Shown: positions 9,536 to 18,360 of the stretch, in pieces
How the letters are laid out: every line of letters starts with the position of its first letter
How positions within the stretch are numbered: the first letter of the stretch is position 1
Assembly: GCA_965140415.1 (NCBI GenBank)
Contig: OZ223209.1
Span: forward strand, 1,152,001-1,216,000
Direction: 5' to 3'
From: Myxococcota bacterium
GTDB lineage: Bacteria; Myxococcota_A; SURF-8
Length of the DNA: 64,000 nt
Program-made: the position numbers and the translations under genes
The notes under the pieces: model-generated
Database searches by the model: none
The model's input: the letters and a program-made list of their open reading frames with translations, nothing else
Told to the model about the DNA's origin: nothing

Positions 9536-10042
9536 ATGACAAGCAAACCCGGTGGACGACAACGTGACACCATCCTGCATCAACTGGCGGAGCTTGAATC
9601 CCTGCCCACAGCCGAATTGAAGAAGCGCTGGAACGTGCTCTATGGCCAGGAGCCGCCGCGCTTCAACCGACAATTTCTGATCAAACGCCTGGCCTACAGG
9701 ATTCAGGAAATCGCCTATGGTGGAGTCGACGATCGAACGCGGACCCGAATGAATGACCTCCTTGAAGATGAGGGTTATGACGAGTTGGGGCGAAAAGGCC
9801 GCAAACCGACTCGTCGGGCCTCCGAACGCGCCATCGTGCCGGGTACGGTTCTGGTTCGCGAATGGCAAGGGGAGCGCCATGAGGCGGTCGCCATGGACGA
9901 TGGAGGTTTTGAGCATCGCGGCATACCCTATCGCTCCCTCTCAGCGGTGGCGCGGGCCATCACCGGTACACGCTGGAATGGCCCGGCGTTCTTCGGATTG
10001 CGAGGCAAGACGGTTCCATTGAAGGAGGCCGCTCGTGATTAG
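9536..10042 (+). CDS. DUF2924-domain protein
   Basis: LAYRIQEIAYGG, PGTVLVREWQG and YRSLSAVARAITGTRWNGPAFFGL are the family signature. AAGGAG RBS. Confidence 0.9.
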   Translation: MTSKPGGRQRDTILHQLAELESLPTAELKKRWNVLYGQEPPRFNRQFLIKRLAYRIQEIAYGGVDDRTRTRMNDLLEDEGYDELGRKGRKPTRRASERAIVPGTVLVREWQGERHEAVAMDDGGFEHRGIPYRSLSAVARAITGTRWNGPAFFGLRGKTVPLKEAARD

Positions 10043-11597
10043 GGACCCAAAGCAAGACAACAACAATCCGATCATTCGTTGCGCTATCTACACGCGCAAA
10101 TCAACCGACGAGAATTTGGACTCTGACTTCAACAGTTTGGATGCCCAGCGAGAGTCTTGCGAGCATTTCATCCAGTCCCACGCACGCGAGAACTGGCATG
10201 CGCTCGACGCCCGATACGACGACGGAGCGTATTCAGGCGCAAGCATGGAGCGCCCGGGACTGAAACGGCTGCTGGCAGACATTGAGGACGGCAAGGTGGA
10301 CTGCGTTGTGGTCTACAAAATTGACCGGCTGTCGCGATCCATCGCGGATTTTACGCGCATGATGGAGTTTTTCAAACACCGCGATATCACCATGGTCAGC
10401 GTGACCCAGGCCTTCAACACGAACACATCCAGCGGGACGCTCATGGTGAATTTATTAATGACGTTCGCCAGTTACGAACGCGAGGTCATTGCCGAGCGCA
10501 TCCGGGACAAAGTAGCCGCCAGCAAGAAACGAGGCAAATATATGGGTGGTGTCCCACCCCTTGGCTACGATGTGGATCGCGACAGAAAACGGCTGGTCGT
10601 GAATTCCGAGGAAGCCGCACTGGTGCGATTTATCTTCCGTCGTTACCTTCAATTGCATTCCGCCGTAGCGCTCATCAAAAAGTTGAACGGAAAAGGCCTG
10701 ACCACCAAGTCATGGGTAACGAAAAAGGGCATTCATCGGAAAGGCCGCGCCTGGAACAAATCGCACATCTATCGCCTGCTGAACAACCCAATCTACGCAG
10801 GCAAGATCAAACACAAGGATCGGCTCTATGAGGGCGAACACGAGGCGATTATCGAAAAGTCTTTATGGGATGAGGTGCAGTCGACGATCGGATCCGAGGG
10901 AAAAGCAGGAATTCGGCATAATGACACCTTGTCGCCGTTAAAGGGGATTCTTGTCTGCGGTCACTGCCGCAAACCGATGGGAGCCACATTCACAACAAAG
11001 GACGGCAAGCGCTACCGCTATTACCTCTGCCAACAGGCGGGAAAATCCAGTTACGACAGCTGTCCGATTCGTTCCGTACCAGCCGGAGATCTGGAAAACC
11101 TGGTGCATATTCAGGTCAGGCGTATGCTCGGCTCCACCGAGATCGCCGCCGAAACCTTCCGGGAACTGGTGAAACGGGAAGCCGAGACGGTAAAGAAACT
11201 TGAACAGCAGACCGACAAGCTGAGAGAGGAACTATCAACACTGCAATCCGCTCGTAAGCGACTGATCGAACCTGGGGAGGGAGCATCAAAACTTGTGGCA
11301 GAGGAGCGGATCGGAATCGAAGAGAAAATCAATCATCTTACGCTTCAGCTTGCAAGCATGGATGCCGAACGCGAATTCTACGACAACAATCTGATCAGCG
11401 AACATGAATTGGCGGCGGAACTTCAGCACTTGGATACCCTCTGGAATGAACTCTTTCCCGGTGAAAAGACACGGATTATCAAGCTGCTGGTGGATGAGAT
11501 CATCGTGAATAAAGACGGGATCGACATTGCGTTGAAGCCGACTGGTGTCGAAGGAGTTGCGTTGGAGATGTCGGGAGGACCACATGCACAACTGTGA
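10035..11597 (+). CDS. Large serine recombinase (resolvase + recombinase + Zn ribbon + coiled coil)
   Basis: CAIYTRKST (catalytic Ser), VYKIDRLSRS, ERIRDK...GGVPPLGYD, CGHC...YYLC...C. Confidence 0.95.
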   Translation: MIRDPKQDNNNPIIRCAIYTRKSTDENLDSDFNSLDAQRESCEHFIQSHARENWHALDARYDDGAYSGASMERPGLKRLLADIEDGKVDCVVVYKIDRLSRSIADFTRMMEFFKHRDITMVSVTQAFNTNTSSGTLMVNLLMTFASYEREVIAERIRDKVAASKKRGKYMGGVPPLGYDVDRDRKRLVVNSEEAALVRFIFRRYLQLHSAVALIKKLNGKGLTTKSWVTKKGIHRKGRAWNKSHIYRLLNNPIYAGKIKHKDRLYEGEHEAIIEKSLWDEVQSTIGSEGKAGIRHNDTLSPLKGILVCGHCRKPMGATFTTKDGKRYRYYLCQQAGKSSYDSCPIRSVPAGDLENLVHIQVRRMLGSTEIAAETFRELVKREAETVKKLEQQTDKLREELSTLQSARKRLIEPGEGASKLVAEERIGIEEKINHLTLQLASMDAEREFYDNNLISEHELAAELQHLDTLWNELFPGEKTRIIKLLVDEIIVNKDGIDIALKPTGVEGVALEMSGGPHAQL

Positions 11598-12039
11598 TGG
11601 AACAGAGGCACTTTCGAGGCCAAAGGCAACTGCCAGCAAGCCCGATAAAAGGCAAAGAGTTTATCGGGACAAGCGCGGGCGATTGATCGTTCATATCCCG
11701 ATGAACCTGAAAAAACGGGGGGGTCGTAAAGAGATTGTGCTTCCACATGGCTCTGATCCCAACAGCCTCAATGACGCAACTTCACTCAATCGACCACTGG
11801 CGCTGGCCGTGGCTCTCGGGCATCGCTGGTTGGACCTGCTGACCGAGGGACGATTCGGTTCCGTGCAGGAACTGGCCGAAACGATCGGTATGGATCCGTC
11901 ACAAGCACGGCGGCATTTGAGTCTGGCCTGCCTTCCACCCAAACTTGTCCGGGCAATACTGAACGGCAAGGAGCCAGAGGGTTTGTCGGTGGAAGAATTA
12001 CAGAAAGTTTCTCTAAACTGGCACGAACAGGAAGAATAG
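11584..12039 (+). CDS. HTH-containing accessory protein of DUF2924-recombinase modules
   Basis: LKKRGGRKEIVLP, SVQELAETIGMDPSQARRHLSLACLPPKLVRAILNG. Confidence 0.75.
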   Translation: MHNCDGTEALSRPKATASKPDKRQRVYRDKRGRLIVHIPMNLKKRGGRKEIVLPHGSDPNSLNDATSLNRPLALAVALGHRWLDLLTEGRFGSVQELAETIGMDPSQARRHLSLACLPPKLVRAILNGKEPEGLSVEELQKVSLNWHEQEE

Positions 12040-12259
12040 TGGATCACTTAAAGGCATGTCGGTAAAACTCTTCAAGTGATCGGAAGTAACTTATACACAT
12101 ATCCCGCATGGTCATCCACTCGCCGAAGGTGGTTCTCGTTTCGATCCATATAGCCTCCTTCCAGAAGTTATCTTTGTGTTATTGCTCAGTTATTGTTGTC
12201 ACCCGTATCACCCCATGATATCCTTACGCTACGAAATTCCAGAAGGCTGGAGAATACTC

Positions 12260-13723
12260 ATGAATAGATGGTTGGCTGTTAGCGCCGCAGTTTTATTTTC
12301 AATCGCGATATCAGGTTGTAGTGCCGATTCAACTAATGGCACTGCTGGCGATGACGATACCGCTCCAGTTTTTGATGGAGATAACGCCGATGATGGGGAT
12401 TGGTTTGACAGCGATTTCAGCGATGGAGATGCTTTTCAGGATGAAGACAGTGAAGCAGAATTGGATGATGACACAATCAAGCTCGATGGCGATCAAGCAG
12501 AGGGAGACGAATTTTCTGATGGCGATGGGATTGACGGTGAGGTAACTGACCGTGAGGCGGATATCGACGGAGACAAGGATACTGACAGCGAAATAGAATT
12601 GGAAGATGATACGGATACCGACACCGAAAACTGCCCGGAAATGTGGGAAGGGCCGGCGCCGCCGGATTGCAAACATTGGGACTGTGAACTGCAACCCTGG
12701 CCTTCTTGCTGGGTTTGCGACCTCGCGGCTGATCCCAGCCAAAATGGGCTGTCCTGCGAGTATTGCGATGACCAGTGCGAATGCATTGAACCACCCTGTA
12801 AATGTCTGAATGGGAATTGTATCCCTGACTCAGCAGTTGATGGCGATGGTGAAACTGATGCGGACTGGGAATCTGATACTGAATTAAATGGGGAAGAGGA
12901 TGAAACTACCGTTCATGCAATTGAACGAATTGTCATAGCAGGTGATAGCTGGTCCTGCGGCATCGTTGCCCCAACCCGCGCCATCCTTGACGAGCGTGGT
13001 TTTTCCGATATTGAAATCACATATTCGACCACTGCTGTTGCCGGATCTACAGCTGAGGAATGGGTATACAACCACGATAACAAGTTACTGAAACTCACCG
13101 CTGCCTTGGACGAGGATCCCCAAGCCGAATTGCTTCTGTTGGTTATTGGTGGAAACGATGTCAACGCTTCCATCTACAACGACGGTTTCGATGCCATGTC
13201 TGATGGTCAAAGAGCCCAAGTGCTGGACGGCATCCGGGATGACATTCGGGCCATTGTTGATTTTGCTCGTCTCAACCGTCCACATTTATCAATCGTCTTG
13301 GTTGGATACGACTATTTTCACTATCTCTTCCTTCAGGCATTCTATGGATTAGGGGATATGTACCTGGACGAATACAACCTGGCGTTCGTTGGTTTGGGGA
13401 ACCGAAAACTGGAGATTGCAAACCAGGTGAACGGCTGTTACTACGCCCACAATTACGGCGTACTGCAATACACATTTGGTGATCGACCTCATCCGCCTTT
13501 TTCCCTGCCGCTTTTCGAATATCCACCGGGGTACGTTCCTGCCCCAGGCATTGCGCCCGATTACACTCCTTTTCCAGGAGGATTGTACCAGATCCCTTCG
13601 CCGCTGGACCAGATTCCGGATGGAATCCACCCCAGTGAAGAGGGGTTTTCCGCCATCATGAATCATGTGTTTGACCAAGGGATGGAAAACTTATTGCTGG
13701 GGAACGACTGGGTTACCCCCTAA
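12260..13723 (+). CDS. SGNH/GDSL-family hydrolase lipoprotein with acidic DGD linker and Cys-rich insert
   Basis: Lipobox ISGC. Catalytic blocks GDSWS, IGGND and DGIH. GGAG RBS before ATG 12260. Confidence 0.85.
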   Translation: MNRWLAVSAAVLFSIAISGCSADSTNGTAGDDDTAPVFDGDNADDGDWFDSDFSDGDAFQDEDSEAELDDDTIKLDGDQAEGDEFSDGDGIDGEVTDREADIDGDKDTDSEIELEDDTDTDTENCPEMWEGPAPPDCKHWDCELQPWPSCWVCDLAADPSQNGLSCEYCDDQCECIEPPCKCLNGNCIPDSAVDGDGETDADWESDTELNGEEDETTVHAIERIVIAGDSWSCGIVAPTRAILDERGFSDIEITYSTTAVAGSTAEEWVYNHDNKLLKLTAALDEDPQAELLLLVIGGNDVNASIYNDGFDAMSDGQRAQVLDGIRDDIRAIVDFARLNRPHLSIVLVGYDYFHYLFLQAFYGLGDMYLDEYNLAFVGLGNRKLEIANQVNGCYYAHNYGVLQYTFGDRPHPPFSLPLFEYPPGYVPAPGIAPDYTPFPGGLYQIPSPLDQIPDGIHPSEEGFSAIMNHVFDQGMENLLLGNDWVTP

Positions 13724-13986
13724 TCGATCCATGTCGTAAGAAGATATGAAAGCACAATCTGAATGAGTTGTTGGGAAAGAGATGAAGGTGTGCATCGTTC
13801 AGTGATTTTATTACTATAGTGGATAAGTCATTGAAATTGCCGTCAGATAGATTGCATGTTTGGTAAGGCCAATCGCATCACGTCGGAAACAGAAACCTTG
13901 CTCGGTCGCAAGCTAATCACCCTGCGACAGTTTGTCGAGGATTATCGAGAGGTATGGAAAAAGGCTTGATGCATTGACTTCTTGGT

Positions 13987-15216
13987 TTACATGAGTTCCA
14001 GCATCGCCTCCACCTTCATAAATTCCTTCTCTTCGTTGTATTGGCGGGCATCGGCGTGGTCGACCTCGATCATGACAGTAGGAATCCCGAAGCGCTCCTC
14101 TATTTTCCTCTTCAGGTCCATCTGCATCACGGAATAGACCTTGCACGAACGGTTGGAACTGAAAATTACGCCGGTAATTCCGTAGCGCTCGATCAACTGA
14201 CACATCGCTTTGTAGCGCAACTCCAAGCCGGACGGACAGACAGAAAAGTTCTGGATGCGGGCAAGATAGTGCATTGGATCAACCCCATCGTAACGATATG
14301 GATCGATTTGACCTTCCACCGTACCCATGCAGGCCGTGTAGGTTGCCGAAATCACGTTGGCATCGAGTTTAGCCAAACGCGAAGACATATTCCGCAATTG
14401 ATGCCAGGGTGCGATGTTGTCCCAAAGGAGGCGGTGCTTTTCATTAGGGACGGAAACGTCGTTCGCATAAACGAGTTCCTCGGCTTCATCCGCCAGCAGC
14501 TTGCAGTGATCGACCAGTTCCTGCGTGCCGCGATAGCTGGTGATGTAGGGAGCCATGTGAACAAACGAATCGAAAGCCGTCATTCCGGCTGGATGGTGGG
14601 CGGCCAGATCGAGAAAACGCTTCCAGTGCGTATTGGCTTCGTCGGACAGCCGCACGGCTTCACGCACCTTCACCTCGTCCCAGGTCTGCCCTGTCTTGTT
14701 TTCGATCAATGCGATCAGGTCGTGAAACTGAGAAACGATGTAATCCAGATTCTTCTCTTTCTGCGGTTCGTAACAAAAAGGGACATCCAGCGTGAAATGG
14801 GGAACGCCGAGTTTGCGTCGATAGACATCGAACCATTTGACCAGAAGCGAGCAGTTATTGTTGTTGCTAACCAGCAGATCAGGACTGGGCATGCCCATGC
14901 TGGGCGAGCCTTCACCCTTTGTGTACCAGGTTCCCAGGTCGATGCGGGCATAGGAGCATAGGTCCATCGAGTAGCCGCGATGCTCCGCTTTCTCCGCCTG
15001 CGTTGCGCCGACGCCTCTGGCAGCGCACATGGCTGAGTGGTTTTCCGGAACGGCGACAACGAGGTCGAATCCCTTCAGGAGTTCGATGGGAACGATGATG
15101 GCGATCCAGGCGACGAATTTCCCCTGCGCAGCATCCTTGTGCATTTCGGCGAAGTAACGACCGACAAGCTTTTTCAGGTTCGCAGCGGACCGTTCCAGTC
15201 TGATCGTGCCGCTCAT
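13987..15216 (-). CDS. 2-hydroxyacyl-CoA dehydratase subunit (HgdA/FldB/BcrB-like)
   Basis: PENHSA, GYSMDLCSYARID, NNNCS, NRSCKVYS and IEVDHADAR motifs. Confidence 0.88.
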   Translation of the reverse strand: MSGTIRLERSAANLKKLVGRYFAEMHKDAAQGKFVAWIAIIVPIELLKGFDLVVAVPENHSAMCAARGVGATQAEKAEHRGYSMDLCSYARIDLGTWYTKGEGSPSMGMPSPDLLVSNNNNCSLLVKWFDVYRRKLGVPHFTLDVPFCYEPQKEKNLDYIVSQFHDLIALIENKTGQTWDEVKVREAVRLSDEANTHWKRFLDLAAHHPAGMTAFDSFVHMAPYITSYRGTQELVDHCKLLADEAEELVYANDVSVPNEKHRLLWDNIAPWHQLRNMSSRLAKLDANVISATYTACMGTVEGQIDPYRYDGVDPMHYLARIQNFSVCPSGLELRYKAMCQLIERYGITGVIFSSNRSCKVYSVMQMDLKRKIEERFGIPTVMIEVDHADARQYNEEKEFMKVEAMLELM

Positions 15217-16304
15217 GGCGAGTTCTCCAGCATTTCGGCGAATGCCTCGATTCGGGTTTGCACTGACCCGGATTGCGTATCGCCCATGTCGAATTCCAGT
15301 TGCAGGGTTTTGATTCCTTTCCTCCTCAATACTTCATCGAGATCTGGAAAGTCGAAGTATTCATACTCGCAATATTTCTCACCGATGAAGATCAATCCCA
15401 ATGCGTCATACTGCCTTGCAAGGTCTAGCAGTGTTTCGAGCCGACGTTCAGCGGTATGCAGTAAGGTCGAACAGGGCGTGTGATTCATGTAGAACTGATG
15501 ATAGTAATCCTCCACGGTATCGAAAGATTCCGGCGTATACCCGACAGAGCGACCGACCATTGCAGTATCGTCCACAACGACACGCAGACCGGCGCGATCC
15601 ATGGCTTCACAGGCGTACAGCGGAGGCGGAAGGATTCCACTGACGATAATCCTCTTCCCACCGTCCGATTTGTCATTCCCACTGATACTCGCAATGGTCT
15701 CGTCGAGCGCGTGAATCTGTTCTTCGACCGGCTGCGTATTTTGTTCCAGCAACAGCCGCGTTTCATCCGCGTAGCCGATTCTTCCATCTGCGACATGTTC
15801 GCCAAGGACGTTCACCTTCTTTCGCAGGCTGCGATACAGAGAAACGCTGTCTCTAAATGCTTTCAAGTTGAATGGCGTGTCGGTTCGTTCTTCATGGAAC
15901 TCAACCAATTGCCCGATCTCATATTGCAGATAGTTCCGCCCATAGTCGCTGTCAAGACGCGCCGCCGGGATGTGCATGCGCAGCAAAGGCAGTGAATCAT
16001 CGTCAAGGCCGCTTTCGATAATCTCCGGCAGGTTGCGGAGCGTATCGCAGGCGTTGTACATGAAAAGCAGATCGAATTCCTTTGGGCCGTCGCTGAGGAT
16101 GTATTCGATCATCTTGCGGGCGATACCGCAGCAGAAAGTTTGGATATACCGGTCGGCGTGAATCGTTTTGTCGTATTTTTCAGCGAGTCCCCACAGAACC
16201 ACGGGTGTCATATTCATAGAGTGAAACAGTTCGAGCGGCGGGTACAGGGGAAAACACCCTATAACTGGTCTTCTCTTTTTCGTTTTATGTTTCTCTTGAA
16301 ACAT
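15213..16304 (-). CDS. 2-hydroxyacyl-CoA dehydratase subunit (HgdB/FldC/BcrC-like)
   Basis: IGCFPLYPPLEL, QTFCCGIA, NACDTLRNL, KYCEYE and QTRIEAFAEML motifs. Overlaps its partner gene by 4 nt. Confidence 0.88.
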   Translation of the reverse strand: MFQEKHKTKKRRPVIGCFPLYPPLELFHSMNMTPVVLWGLAEKYDKTIHADRYIQTFCCGIARKMIEYILSDGPKEFDLLFMYNACDTLRNLPEIIESGLDDDSLPLLRMHIPAARLDSDYGRNYLQYEIGQLVEFHEERTDTPFNLKAFRDSVSLYRSLRKKVNVLGEHVADGRIGYADETRLLLEQNTQPVEEQIHALDETIASISGNDKSDGGKRIIVSGILPPPLYACEAMDRAGLRVVVDDTAMVGRSVGYTPESFDTVEDYYHQFYMNHTPCSTLLHTAERRLETLLDLARQYDALGLIFIGEKYCEYEYFDFPDLDEVLRRKGIKTLQLEFDMGDTQSGSVQTRIEAFAEMLENSP

Positions 16305-16381
16305 CAACTTTGCTTTCCATCAGAGCAGCCAAATAGCGGGAAAAGCAGTAAAAAGAGGATTGTAAAGATTGCCTTGTTCAT
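16304..16381 (-). CDS. 25-aa ORF made almost only of a lipoprotein signal peptide (MNKAIFTILFLLLFPLFGCSDGKQS)
   Basis: Translated by hand. GGAGAG RBS, lipobox LFGC, and its TGA overlaps the next ATG (TGATG). Confidence 0.55.
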   Translation of the reverse strand: MNKAIFTILFLLLFPLFGCSDGKQS

Positions 16382-16470
16382 GATCTCTCCATGAGCGGTA
16401 TCGGTTGCAATCGTTGAATTTGCATTAAGAAATTCAAGCTAACTCTATGATACCAATGGCTGTTCCAGTA

Positions 16471-18360
16471 TTACTCTTGTGCAAGATCGTACAGCACTTC
16501 TCCGCGGGGATTCGCCGTTCCCATGATTACATGCGAGCCCGCTTCAAACATAACCGGGAGGCTTCCTTGCAAGGCTAATATGGCCGCAGCACGGTTATTG
16601 CTTTGAATGGTGTCAAACGCCACACCCTGGGCGACGTGGATAACCGGCAGACCACCAGAATCGAGAAGCCAGTCCAACAAATCCTGCTGCTCTGGACTGA
16701 AATAGCTTTGAAAAGTTGCTATGACCACAGCATCCGCTTTTTGGCGGTGTTGCTCGACCCATTGTTTGACGGAATCTTCGGTGATACCGATAACAAAGTT
16801 CTTCTTGTCTACCGATGGCTCTACACGTTTCAGAACATCACAGAAGCTCTCCTCAAGAATCCACGACCAACCAGAAGCCGGATCGGGAAGCAATTTATCC
16901 GGGCTGGCGCACAAAATACGCTTCCCTGTGAGTGGAAGAATATCGTTGTTTTCAAGCATGACAACAGCCTGTTCCGCATGGTCCAGCGACATGATCGCAT
17001 CTTGCTCCAGTCCGATTCGGCTTGCTAACTGTGCCATATCATCTTCGTCTGGATACGTAGGTTTTTCGAACAGACAGTATTTCTGCTTGTAGCGCAGGAT
17101 GCGCTTTGTGGAAGCGGCGAAATCTGCTTCTTTGATGTCACCGGTCTGTAGACCTGTCTCGATCCGAGTGAAAAGATCTTCGAGATAGTCGTCTTCGATG
17201 TAAACGTAAAGCAGGATGTCCGCTCCCGACTTCAGAGCCTCGTATCCCTGCTCCTGGTCTTCGGTCAGGCCGATTCGCGTCCCGTACATGTTGAGGTCGT
17301 CGGTTACAATCAGACCTTCAAAGCCGATCTCACCACGCAGAAAGCCCCGCATGATCTTTTCCGAGGTGATCGCCGGTCGCTGATCGTCCAAAGCCGTGTA
17401 CTGTGCGGGAATCATCATCACCGCATCAGCCCCAGTAGAGAAAGCCGCCCGGAATGGCTTGAGCAGTTTGGTTTCCAGTTCTTCCTTCGTCGCGGTGTTA
17501 ATGGAGTACTCATGATGAGTGTTGACAGCGAGCATGCCATCTCCCGGAAAGTGTTTGACCGTCGGGATGACGAGGTTGTGTTGAAACGCCGAAAAGGCGG
17601 CCAGGCCAAGCCGCGTGTTCAGATCCACGTCTGGCCCGAAGGTGCGCGTATTCAGGTTGCCGCTGTCTCGCTGGTAATGGGTGTCGAGCAGGGGACCGAA
17701 GTTCATGTTGACACCAAGGGCCTTGATTTCGCGGCCCATCAAATCAAATTGATCAAACGCGATCCATTCATCTTTCGTTGCGCCGATGGCGGTCGGTCCA
17801 ATGCTGTCCGTGCCGCCGGTCATATGGTTGACCGACGTGTAAACGCCCCCTTCCTGGTCGCTGCTTATGAATAGCGGGATTCCCATCGCCTCAACCGCGA
17901 TAGTCTGGGCGTGATGTAGAAAACGCGCGCTTGTCTCTGGTGCATCCACTGCGATGCCGGTGATCTGACTGACGAAGCCACCACCGAGAAAGTATGAGCG
18001 AATCCGCTGTTCGTCTTCTGTGGAAACGGATGCTCCGGAGCGCCCAAGTTCGGTGATAAGATGCTGCCCGATGCGCTGGCGTATGGACAGGCGATTGTAG
18101 ATGGCGTCGATTTCACTTTCATCGATGGGGCAGTAGGGATAGTCCAGCGACATCGGATCAAAGGCGTCGTCATCGGATTCCAGCGACTCTGTATCAAGGT
18201 CTCCATCTCCGGAGATCTCGGTCGATTCCGAGTCGAAAGCCTCGCTGTCTCTATCGCCATCCTGAAGATCCCCCGGCTCACTATTCGAGCACGAAAAACT
18301 GGTCGCTAATAAAAGTGAGATCAGAATCAAAGCAAAGAATTCGGATAGCCAAGATTTCAT
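16471..18360 (-). CDS. GH3 beta-N-acetylhexosaminidase-like lipoprotein
   Basis: SDQEGG, TRTFG, KHFPGDG and IVTDDL motifs, GH3 C-terminal domain, lipobox SFSC. Confidence 0.9.
   Translation of the reverse strand: MKSWLSEFFALILISLLLATSFSCSNSEPGDLQDGDRDSEAFDSESTEISGDGDLDTESLESDDDAFDPMSLDYPYCPIDESEIDAIYNRLSIRQRIGQHLITELGRSGASVSTEDEQRIRSYFLGGGFVSQITGIAVDAPETSARFLHHAQTIAVEAMGIPLFISSDQEGGVYTSVNHMTGGTDSIGPTAIGATKDEWIAFDQFDLMGREIKALGVNMNFGPLLDTHYQRDSGNLNTRTFGPDVDLNTRLGLAAFSAFQHNLVIPTVKHFPGDGMLAVNTHHEYSINTATKEELETKLLKPFRAAFSTGADAVMMIPAQYTALDDQRPAITSEKIMRGFLRGEIGFEGLIVTDDLNMYGTRIGLTEDQEQGYEALKSGADILLYVYIEDDYLEDLFTRIETGLQTGDIKEADFAASTKRILRYKQKYCLFEKPTYPDEDDMAQLASRIGLEQDAIMSLDHAEQAVVMLENNDILPLTGKRILCASPDKLLPDPASGWSWILEESFCDVLKRVEPSVDKKNFVIGITEDSVKQWVEQHRQKADAVVIATFQSYFSPEQQDLLDWLLDSGGLPVIHVAQGVAFDTIQSNNRAAAILALQGSLPVMFEAGSHVIMGTANPRGEVLYDLAQE

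Larger units (their letters stand above)
1..12081. mobile_element. Integrative phage-related element (prophage remnant or satellite), right portion; left end lies outside the window
   Basis: Contains primase-helicase, iteron-like repeats, TerS/TerL, DUF2924 and a large serine recombinase. It looks more GC-rich than the DNA after about 12.1 kb. The right boundary is approximate. Confidence 0.8.
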
